DNA of 64,000 nucleotides from Verrucomicrobiota bacterium (GTDB lineage Bacteria; Verrucomicrobiota; Verrucomicrobiia; Limisphaerales; UBA11358): NCBI GenBank assembly GCA_050008355.1, contig JBEKMT010000001.1, positions 72 to 64,071 of the forward strand, read 5' to 3'. Shown piece by piece: positions 56,765 to 64,000 of this stretch (position 1 is its first letter; each line of letters starts with the position of its first letter). The notes under the pieces were generated by a model. It saw only the letters and a program-made list of their open reading frames with translations, ran no database searches and was not told where the DNA came from. The position numbers and the translations under genes were made by a program.

Positions 56765-57601
56765 ATGATCCCCACCCCAAAAAAGAAAAAACTCCTGTTT
56801 TGGCTTGGTTTGGCACTGCCGCTGGTGGCGCTCGTGGCGATGACCTGGTTGGTCCACAAATCGGATGGACGCTTCAACAACTCGTTCAACTGGGTCATGC
56901 AGAATTACAAGGTGCTCGACTTGTTCGAGCAAACACAGTCGTACATCGTGGATGCGGAAGCCAACCAGCGCGGTTATCTACTGACCGGCCATGCGGAATA
57001 TCTTGAGCCCTACAACAACGCCATGGCCTCAGTGCAAGAAAACCTCACGGAATTGAAGCGCCTCACGCAAAACGACCCGGCACAACAGGCCAACATCATC
57101 GAACTGGAGCAATTGGTAACCAAAGAACTGGTGTTTGATCCGGCCACGGCATTTGCCAATGGCCAGACGCCGGCGAACACCTCGGTCATGGAATTGATCG
57201 AACGCGGCAAGAAGAAAATTGAAGACTTGCGGCAGGTGTTGTTTGAGGCGCGCCAGGAGCAGGAACGCGCCTTGAGCAAGCACCAGCAGGAAGCCGAGGA
57301 CGACGTCTTTTCGAGCCAGCTGATGTCGCTGGTGCTGATTGTGGCCGTCGCGTTGGCGCTGATCCTGGTCGTCGTCATTTTGTTACGCCTGGAAAAACTA
57401 CAGGAATTTGTCACCGTCTGCGCATGGACGGGAAGGGTGAGGTTTCAAGGCCAGTGGCTGCGGCTGGATGAATACCTAAAAAAGCAATTCAACATCTCGG
57501 TTTCGCACAGCCTGTCGCAGGAAGCGGCGGAGAAAATGCGGGTCGAAATCGAGGATTTGAACCGGACCGCCGAACGCCCGCCCCAACCGCCGGAGAAATA
57601 G
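56765..57601 (+). CDS. CHASE3-domain membrane protein without recognisable transmitter domain
   Basis: It has a TM segment, then a CHASE3-like region (VLDLFEQTQSYIVDAEANQRGYLLTGHAEYLEPYNNA), a second TM segment (LMSLVLIVAVALALILVVVILL) and a cytoplasmic tail of about 70 aa. Confidence 0.7.
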   Translation: MIPTPKKKKLLFWLGLALPLVALVAMTWLVHKSDGRFNNSFNWVMQNYKVLDLFEQTQSYIVDAEANQRGYLLTGHAEYLEPYNNAMASVQENLTELKRLTQNDPAQQANIIELEQLVTKELVFDPATAFANGQTPANTSVMELIERGKKKIEDLRQVLFEARQEQERALSKHQQEAEDDVFSSQLMSLVLIVAVALALILVVVILLRLEKLQEFVTVCAWTGRVRFQGQWLRLDEYLKKQFNISVSHSLSQEAAEKMRVEIEDLNRTAERPPQPPEK

Positions 57602-57651
57602 GATTAGAAATTAGGTTGCGTAAAAGTAACCATTCGGTTACTTAGTTTGGC

Positions 57652-58281
57652 GTGCGTCCGAACAACTCCAACACCGCTGTCGCCCGCGATCCCGAACGGA
57701 CCTCCAGCCGCATTCTCGCGGCCGCCTTGGCCGAATTTGCAGCCCACGGCTTCGCTGGCGCGCGGGTGGATGCAATCGCCCGCCGGGCGGGCACCAACAA
57801 ACGGATGCTGTACCACTATTTTGGCGACAAGGAGGCGTTGTTTCGCTCCGTGCTGCGCAAGAAAATCTCCGAACGCCAGGCCCGGGCAGAAACGCTGTCC
57901 GGCAATCCCGAAGACAATGTCCCGTTTTGGTTTGAAGCTGCCTGCCAGGATCCGGAATGGGTGCGGATGTTGGAATGGGAGGCGCTGCAAAACCCCAATC
58001 GAAAGGTGATTGACGAAAAGAAGCGACTCGCGGTGGTCGCGCATGGACTGAAACGCATCCGCCAGCGGCAGAAACGCGGACAGTTATCCTCCGAGTTTGA
58101 CCCGCGCCAGCTAATGCTGACGATCCGGTCGCTGACCATGTTTCCGATGGCCTTTCCACAACTGACACGACTCATCATGGGCCGCGAAGTCCACGACCCA
58201 AAATTCCAGCGCGACCGCATTGAGTTTCTGAAGAAATTCTCCGCGCTCTTACGCCCCCAAAGGGTCGCCAGACGCAAATAA
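57652..58281 (+). CDS. TetR/AcrR-family transcriptional regulator
   Basis: The helix-turn-helix region is ILAAALAEFAAHGFAGARVDAIARRAGTNKRMLYHYFGDKEALF. Confidence 0.85.
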   Translation: MRPNNSNTAVARDPERTSSRILAAALAEFAAHGFAGARVDAIARRAGTNKRMLYHYFGDKEALFRSVLRKKISERQARAETLSGNPEDNVPFWFEAACQDPEWVRMLEWEALQNPNRKVIDEKKRLAVVAHGLKRIRQRQKRGQLSSEFDPRQLMLTIRSLTMFPMAFPQLTRLIMGREVHDPKFQRDRIEFLKKFSALLRPQRVARRK

Positions 58282-58403
58282 GAACGGGTTTTAGCGGGCG
58301 TTTAAGGTCCCTTGAATTTCCCTGACCCTTTTTCGGGCTTCCACTGAGCATAATCAAATTCAACGTGGCCAGCCATGCCCGTTTGTGATTAAATTTTCCC
58401 GCA

Positions 58404-59870
58404 ATGGAATACGAAGCCGTCATCGGACTGGAAACGCACGTCCAGCTTAAAACCAAATCCAAGATGTGGTGCGGTTGCGCCAACCAATACGGCGCCGAAC
58501 CGAACACCAATGTCTGCCCCGTTTGTCTGGGCATGCCGGGAGTCTTACCGGTCGCGAACGAAGAAGCGTTGCGGCTTACCGTGCTAACCGGATATCTCCT
58601 CAACTGCCAGATTCCGCGGCACGCGAAGTTTGACCGGAAGAATTATTTTTATCCTGACGCGCCAAAAAATTACCAGCTCACCCAATATGATCAGCCTTCC
58701 ACGGCGAACGGCTTCGTGGATTTTGAATTCAATGGAGGCATTTCCCGCGTCCGAATCACCCGCGCGCATCTCGAGGAGGACGTCGGCAAGAGCACGCATT
58801 TCGACCGGCATAGCGGCGTGGATTTCAACCGCGCTGGTGTGCCGCTTCTGGAAATCGTTTCGGAACCCGACCTGACGAGTGCCGATCAGGCTTATGAATA
58901 CCTCAACGCCCTCAAGGACATTTTGGTCTACGGCGGCATTAGCGATTGCGATATGGAAAAGGGCATGGTGCGCTGCGACGTAAATGTCAGCGTGCGTCGC
59001 GTCGGCGCCAAAGAACTCGGCGCAAAAATTGAGATCAAAAACATGAACAGCTTCTCCGGCGTACGCCGTGCGCTGGAGTTCGAAATCCCGCGCCAGATCG
59101 CCGCCCTGAAGAACGGGGAAAAACTGGTGCAGTCCACCCGGCGCTGGGACGATCTGGCCGAAGTCACCGGGGAAATGCGGACGAAAGAAAGCGCGCACGA
59201 TTACCGCTACCTCCCTGAGCCGGATTTGATGCCGTTCGAGCCAACCGATGCCTGGCTGGCCGAGGTGAAATCGCGGTTTGTGGAATTGCCGCTCGTCCGC
59301 AAACAGCGGTTTATTCGCGATTACCAATTACCGCCGGGCGACGCGGAGGTTTTCAAAAATGACGTTGCCCTGGGCAATTATTTTGAGCCGCTTGCAAAGC
59401 AGTCCAAAAACCCGAAAACGGTTGCCAATTGGGTCATCAATAATTTGCGCGCCAAAATGGCGGAGTCCGAGCAGGCAACTTCCACGGTCGTGGAACCGAG
59501 AGATCCCGCAAGAATCGCATTGTCAGGTTTGAAGTTCAAGCCGGACGCGCTACTCGAACTCGTCAGCCTCGTTGAAGGCAAGACAATCAGCAGTTCGGCC
59601 GCGCAGCAGGTTTTTGCCGAAATGTTCGATAGTGGAAAATCCCCTGCCGAAATCGTCCGGGAAAAAGGCCTGGCACAGGTCAGCGATACCGGCGCCATTG
59701 ACAAATTCTGCGACGAGGCAATTGCGGCCAATCCTAACTCGGTGGCCGATTACAGGGGCGGCAAAGTGGCGGCGTTGAATTTTCTCAAAGGTCAGGTCAT
59801 GAAGCTCTCCAAAGGCAAAGCCAACCCAGCGGTCGTCGGCGAAATCCTGGAACGCAAACTGAAAGGTTGA
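58404..59870 (+). CDS. gatB: Asp-tRNA(Asn)/Glu-tRNA(Gln) amidotransferase subunit B
   Basis: It contains YEAVIGLETHVQL, RAHLEEDVGK, CDVNVSVR and a C-terminal GatB_Yqey region. Confidence 0.93.
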   Translation: MEYEAVIGLETHVQLKTKSKMWCGCANQYGAEPNTNVCPVCLGMPGVLPVANEEALRLTVLTGYLLNCQIPRHAKFDRKNYFYPDAPKNYQLTQYDQPSTANGFVDFEFNGGISRVRITRAHLEEDVGKSTHFDRHSGVDFNRAGVPLLEIVSEPDLTSADQAYEYLNALKDILVYGGISDCDMEKGMVRCDVNVSVRRVGAKELGAKIEIKNMNSFSGVRRALEFEIPRQIAALKNGEKLVQSTRRWDDLAEVTGEMRTKESAHDYRYLPEPDLMPFEPTDAWLAEVKSRFVELPLVRKQRFIRDYQLPPGDAEVFKNDVALGNYFEPLAKQSKNPKTVANWVINNLRAKMAESEQATSTVVEPRDPARIALSGLKFKPDALLELVSLVEGKTISSSAAQQVFAEMFDSGKSPAEIVREKGLAQVSDTGAIDKFCDEAIAANPNSVADYRGGKVAALNFLKGQVMKLSKGKANPAVVGEILERKLKG

Positions 59871-59906
59871 TCATCCGGTTTTGCCAGCGCGCTCCGACCA
59901 AGCGAG

Positions 59907-60776
59907 TTATTTGGATGCCGGTTCCGGCCGAAGAAAATCCTTCAGCGGACAATTCAGCGCGCGCAAAGCTTCAATGACCGATCGCGCGTTCAGTTCAGCG
60001 CCCGCCGGACTAGAATGCGTGTTGTCGGCTTTGGTAAAATATTTCGCCTTGATTTCGGCCGGCGTCAAACCGGCGTAGTGGCTGATGGTGATCCGGTTCA
60101 AATCAATGAACAGTACATTCTCATTTGTCGCCACCTGTCCGGCAAATCGTACGTAATCCCAATTTTCGACGTCACCGGCTTTGACCTCCATTTTCGGCAC
60201 ATGCGGGACGGGCGAACAAATGATCGGGGTCATACTCCTGGCACGGGCGTCGGCGATGTATTTGCGCAGGTACCAGCCGTAAGTGTGGACCACCTCCTTT
60301 TTTTGCATAATGGGATTGTAAATCTCCTTCTCTTCGTCGCCGATCCCGCGGATCGTTCCGCGGGCACGGTTTGTGTCATCCAGCGGCCCGCCATCATTAT
60401 GGCCCAGCTGCACGATCACAAAATCCCCGGGCCTGGCCGCAGCGAGGACCATGTCCCAATAACCTTGCGTTTGAAATGTGCGACTGCTGCGCCCGCCCAG
60501 GGCGTGGTTTTCCACGCGCATTTTTCGGGCGTCGAAATATTTTCCGATCACGTCACCCCAGCCCTTTTCCCCGTGCCCGGGGTTGTGCACAGTGGAATCG
60601 CCGACGATGAACAATATTGGAAATGCACGGTTCGTATCCATCAGAAAACCGGATTTCGAAGTCACATCGCGACCGGCGTCAAGGGTGGCGGAGCTGTTGG
60701 GAGAAATTTCGCCGCCACTCCGGTTTAAAACGCACGCGGCAAGAAACAGGGCCGCCCAGCGTGAGATGAATCTCAT
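59907..60776 (-). CDS. SGNH/GDSL hydrolase (rhamnogalacturonan acetylesterase-like), secreted
   Basis: It contains IVGDSTV (block I Ser), GWGD, LGGRSS, and IVQLGHND. I chose the ATG at 60776 (MRFISRWAALFLAA). Confidence 0.8.
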   Translation of the reverse strand: MRFISRWAALFLAACVLNRSGGEISPNSSATLDAGRDVTSKSGFLMDTNRAFPILFIVGDSTVHNPGHGEKGWGDVIGKYFDARKMRVENHALGGRSSRTFQTQGYWDMVLAAARPGDFVIVQLGHNDGGPLDDTNRARGTIRGIGDEEKEIYNPIMQKKEVVHTYGWYLRKYIADARARSMTPIICSPVPHVPKMEVKAGDVENWDYVRFAGQVATNENVLFIDLNRITISHYAGLTPAEIKAKYFTKADNTHSSPAGAELNARSVIEALRALNCPLKDFLRPEPASK

Positions 60777-61047
60777 TTGAACATGCACAAAAATGAATGA
60801 TGTCGAGGTTGAGTTCATCAATAGTTCCAAAGTCTTTTAGCAGATTTGCGAGACAAGGCAATCCACGGAAATAGTGATGCAGCTAGAGGCCTACGGGGCA
60901 GAATTGGAAAAGCTTTGTGCCATGGCGCTCCGGCCGCTAAAATTTCCATCGTGTTCAACAAACAAGAGACCATAGACCGGCCATGATTCGTTCAGAAACC
61001 GTCAGAACGGCAAAGCCTTAATTTAAAACGCGCATCCCTCTCAACCC

Positions 61048-62445
61048 ATGTTTTCAAGCGAAATAAAATCGGTTCACTTTACCGGCATCGGCGGTACGGC
61101 GATGGCCGCCGCCGCCGCCGCGATGCTCGACAAGGGCTTCCGGGTTACCGGCTCAGACCAGAACATCTATGAGCCAATGGCATCGTTCCTTGCCGCAAAA
61201 AAAATCACCGTAATGAACGGCTATGACGAGCGAAACCTGGCGTATAGGCCTGACCTCGTCGTCATCGGCAACGCCATTTCGCGCGGCAACCCGGAAGCCG
61301 AGTATGTGCTTGATCACAAGTTGCGATATGGTTCGCTGCCGGAATTGCTCCGCGAGTTCTTTATTCGCGGTAAACGCTCCCTCGTCGTCAGCGGCACCCA
61401 CGGCAAAACCACCACCACCTCGCTCCTGGCGTGGGTATTCGAGCACAACGGCTTCAATCCCAGTTATCTCATCGGCGGCATCCCAAACAATTTTTCGCAG
61501 GGGGCAAGGTTTACCGACAGCGAATGGTTTATCATCGAGGGTGACGAATACGACACCGCGTTTTTTGATAAACGCAGCAAGTTTGTCCATTATCAACCCG
61601 AAGTCGCGATCATCAACAACCTGGAATTCGACCACGCGGACATTTTCGAAAATCTGGCGGCCATCAAAAAGACGTTCAGCCATTTCATCCGGTTGGTGCC
61701 ACGCAACGGCTTGTTACTTGGCAATGGGGATGACCAGAACCTCGACTCCTTGTTGAACGTTACACATTGCCCGGTAAAAAAATTCGGCCTGGGTGAAAAC
61801 AATGCCGTGCAGGCTTTCAACCTGCGTTTTGGGCCGACGGCGACGGAATTTGAGATTCCCAGCTTCAAATTTCATTTGAACCTGGTCGGCGAATTGAATG
61901 TCCGCAATGCGCTGGCCGTCATCGGCGTCGCGAAACACTGTGGTTTGTCCAACAAGCAAATTCAAAGCGCCTTCGATACTTTCAAAGGCATCAAGCGACG
62001 GATGGAAATCAAAGGCATTGCGGGCGGCGTGACGGTGATCGACGATTTCGGCCACCATCCCACCGCCATCCGCGAGACGTTGCGCGCATTGCGCATCAAA
62101 TATCCGCGGGAAAAAATCTGTGCCGTTTTTGAACCGCGCACGAACACCACCCGTCGCAACGTGTTTCAGGACGAGCTGGCGTCCTCCTTTGCGGATGCGA
62201 ATTCCGTGGTGGTGGCCCAGGTTGCCCGGTTGGAATTGCTCGCGCCCGAGGAACGGCTTGATCCGGAAAAGCTGATGCAGCAGCTCGCGACCAGCGGCAA
62301 ACCGGCCGCCTATTTGCCGGACGCGGATGCAATTGTCGCCCACGTCGCCAAAAATGTTCAAGGGGGCGATGTCATTGTTGTTTTCAGCAATGGCGGGTTT
62401 GGCGGCATCCACGGCAAACTGTTGACCCGTCTTGGAAAACGATAA
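61048..62445 (+). CDS. mpl: UDP-N-acetylmuramate:L-alanyl-gamma-D-glutamyl-meso-diaminopimelate ligase
   Basis: It contains HFTGIGGTAMAAAA, GTHGKTTTTS, EGDEYDTAFFDK and DDFGHHPTAI, a Mur ligase pattern typical of Mpl. Confidence 0.85.
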   Translation: MFSSEIKSVHFTGIGGTAMAAAAAAMLDKGFRVTGSDQNIYEPMASFLAAKKITVMNGYDERNLAYRPDLVVIGNAISRGNPEAEYVLDHKLRYGSLPELLREFFIRGKRSLVVSGTHGKTTTTSLLAWVFEHNGFNPSYLIGGIPNNFSQGARFTDSEWFIIEGDEYDTAFFDKRSKFVHYQPEVAIINNLEFDHADIFENLAAIKKTFSHFIRLVPRNGLLLGNGDDQNLDSLLNVTHCPVKKFGLGENNAVQAFNLRFGPTATEFEIPSFKFHLNLVGELNVRNALAVIGVAKHCGLSNKQIQSAFDTFKGIKRRMEIKGIAGGVTVIDDFGHHPTAIRETLRALRIKYPREKICAVFEPRTNTTRRNVFQDELASSFADANSVVVAQVARLELLAPEERLDPEKLMQQLATSGKPAAYLPDADAIVAHVAKNVQGGDVIVVFSNGGFGGIHGKLLTRLGKR

Positions 62446-62834
62446 TTGGGAGATAATTGAGGGTGGTTGGGGCAAAAACTTTCTGGCGCACGAGTTGCTT
62501 CCACGTTTTCGTGGCCAGAAAATATAAAATTCAAGGTAGCGCTACCGTGGCCATCGAAGCCACGGCGGCGAAACAGCGGCACGCAAGATTTCAAATCGCG
62601 GCCACTGGATTTCCTTCTCGCATGAAGAAAATCCACACACTACGAAAACGGATATCAGTGACGTTTCTAAGTGAGAAACGAGTGTCGGTCAAAATGAGAC
62701 ACACTGGCCAGAATTTGGGCAGAGTGGTCACTGAAATTCAACCGGTTCAAATTCAACGGATTTAAGAAAGATCCAAATCTCCGCCGGTAGCAGCCAAATT
62801 TGGCTCCCGACCGGAGTCAAACGCTCGTCCAAAC

Positions 62835-63449
62835 TCAGGGCGTAATAACCTTGTTTGGATTTTCCGGAGTCAAAAGGGGTTGTCCGTTGAATTCGATCTG
62901 GTCGTAACCGGCCTGGTGCAAAAAAACGGCCAACTCCAATCGAGCGCGCTCGTTCGCATCGTTGATAATGCCGTTCTGACGGGCCGCGAAACGAAGATCA
63001 ACCACTGCGGTTTCGCGAGCAGTCTGTTCCAGGTCTTTGTCGAACTCGCGCAACAAGCCGGTGGTGTGGTCAATCACGCGCGTCTGCCGGTCATCCAGAT
63101 AAGCATCAGTGATCTGGGCGTCGGGAAGATGAACGGTAATTTTCCTGCCGGAAATTTTCACATCGGCAGGCGAAAGCTTTTTCAAGTCGATGCCCGCTTT
63201 CACGATGCCGTGGGCCAGGAGCAACACACGGCTTTCGCCGTACCATTTCTCATCCTCGAGGACCTCGACTTTTTCCACGACATATTTCACCGTAACCAGC
63301 TCGGAAAGTGTCTGAATTTGTTGCACGACCGCCACGGTATCTTCCTCGTGTAAACCGCCGCCTTTCCCCCAGTGCGTCAACTTGATGCCAAGCCAGATTC
63401 CCGCCAGAAAAATAACCGCCAAAAACATGCTCACCAGGATCTGCCGCAT
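62835..63449 (-). CDS. DUF4230-like membrane-anchored protein
   Basis: I chose the ATG at 63449 (MRQILVSMFLAVIFLAGIWLG). It contains ...ELVTVKYVVEKVEVLED...LLLAHGIVKAGIDL. The family name is from memory. Confidence 0.6.
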   Translation of the reverse strand: MRQILVSMFLAVIFLAGIWLGIKLTHWGKGGGLHEEDTVAVVQQIQTLSELVTVKYVVEKVEVLEDEKWYGESRVLLLAHGIVKAGIDLKKLSPADVKISGRKITVHLPDAQITDAYLDDRQTRVIDHTTGLLREFDKDLEQTARETAVVDLRFAARQNGIINDANERARLELAVFLHQAGYDQIEFNGQPLLTPENPNKVITP

Positions 63450-63794
63450 GGCCGGAATGTAATCCAATTCTGAGAATTGCAAAGTCGGAATGAAAACGGC
63501 CGGTCGGCAGCCCGCAGGGGGCCGCCACCATAAAATGTGAGCAATTTGAACAATTCCATGGCAGGCTTTGCGAGGAATAAATTCCCAAGAATCAGGAAAA
63601 CTTTGTAAAACTCACGACAATCAGGATTCTCACCGGGCTGAAGCTGGTTGGCGTGACCGCCCGAAGTTCCGTAGCGACACTGTCGACCTATGACGTTTTG
63701 CTTAAGAATGGACTGCCAGGGCAGTTTAACAGCCCTGAAAAATCCAGGACCACTTTCGGCTTTGCACTTGCGGCTTTAAAACTAGAATGAGTTG

Positions 63795-64000
63795 ATGCAT
63801 GTGTACGCTGGACAATTTCCCAATCATCGCCCGCGGCGGCTGCGGCAATCAGCCGCGCTGAGGAAACTGGTTTGTGAAACGCGCCTGAGCGTCGAGCAAC
63901 TGGTGTTGCCTCTCTTCGCCCGCGCCGGCAAAAAGCTTCGCCGCGAAATTAAAGCCATGCCCGGCGTGTTCCAACTATCGCCCGACGAAATACTGCGCGA
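63795..64000 (+). CDS. hemB: porphobilinogen synthase (delta-aminolevulinate dehydratase), N-terminal fragment; continues past window
   Basis: My own translation from ATG 63795 gives MHVYAGQFPNHRPRRLRQSAALRKLVCETRLSVEQLVLPLFARAGKKLRREIKAMPGVFQLSPDE. This matches the HemB N-terminal pattern RPRRLRxxxxLRxLVxET...LxxPLF...IxxMPGVxxxS. Confidence 0.85.
   Translation, partial: MHVYAGQFPNHRPRRLRQSAALRKLVCETRLSVEQLVLPLFARAGKKLRREIKAMPGVFQLSPDEILR

Noticed and set aside
62457-62765. The 102-aa ORF in the mpl / DUF4230 convergent gap as a real gene.
   Set aside because: It is highly basic with low-complexity composition (RKYKIQGSATVAIEATAAKQRHARFQIAATGFPSRMKK...). It has no motif, and its codon third positions look unlike those of neighbouring genes. 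It is kept only as part of the structured-intergenic finding.
1-64000. A search by eye for CRISPR arrays, IS/transposase or integrase genes, rRNA/tRNA genes and large direct or inverted repeats.
   Set aside because: I recognised none. All intergenic regions over 150 nt were read on both strands, and only short hairpins or terminator-like elements were seen. A computational repeat, tRNAscan or Infernal run is needed to be certain.

Overview
The window is a gene-dense chromosomal segment of about 55-57% GC by eye, with no rRNA, tRNA, CRISPR, transposase or integrase that I could recognise. Gene content points to a diderm member of the PVC superphylum, most likely Verrucomicrobiota. The evidence is several prepilin-type 'GFTLVELL' proteins, a stand-alone planctomycete-type cytochrome c (PSCyt1) domain, and LPS/outer-membrane genes (kdsA-kdsC-lptC-lptA-lptB and mlaEFD). 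Most of the window from 14 kb to 64 kb is ordinary housekeeping: sucCD, gltA, cysS, tmk, cmk, plsC, aroA, tyrA, dnaG, rnhB, hflX, glgC, hprK/ptsH, gatCAB, mpl and hemB. The first 13.4 kb is a single minus-strand block and is the interesting part. It holds two pseudopilins, a BrnT/BrnA toxin-antitoxin pair and a PilC-PilB-PilT-GspE/PilB motor cluster. Directly upstream sits a tightly coupled four-gene cassette (13413->8526). It encodes three small all-helical proteins, two of them about 70-90 aa with a central W-Q-D motif closely resembling the WXG100/EsxA motif, followed by a 1292-aa membrane ATPase with three FtsK/SpoIIIE-like P-loop modules (EssC/EccC-like). I read this as a minimal type VII-like (WXG100) secretion module in an outer-membrane-bearing bacterium. 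That context and domain architecture are, to my knowledge, not experimentally described. All calls rest on reading the translations for motifs. No database search was run, so family names are recognition-based and start codons are approximate; the ORF track uses GTG/TTG starts in several places.
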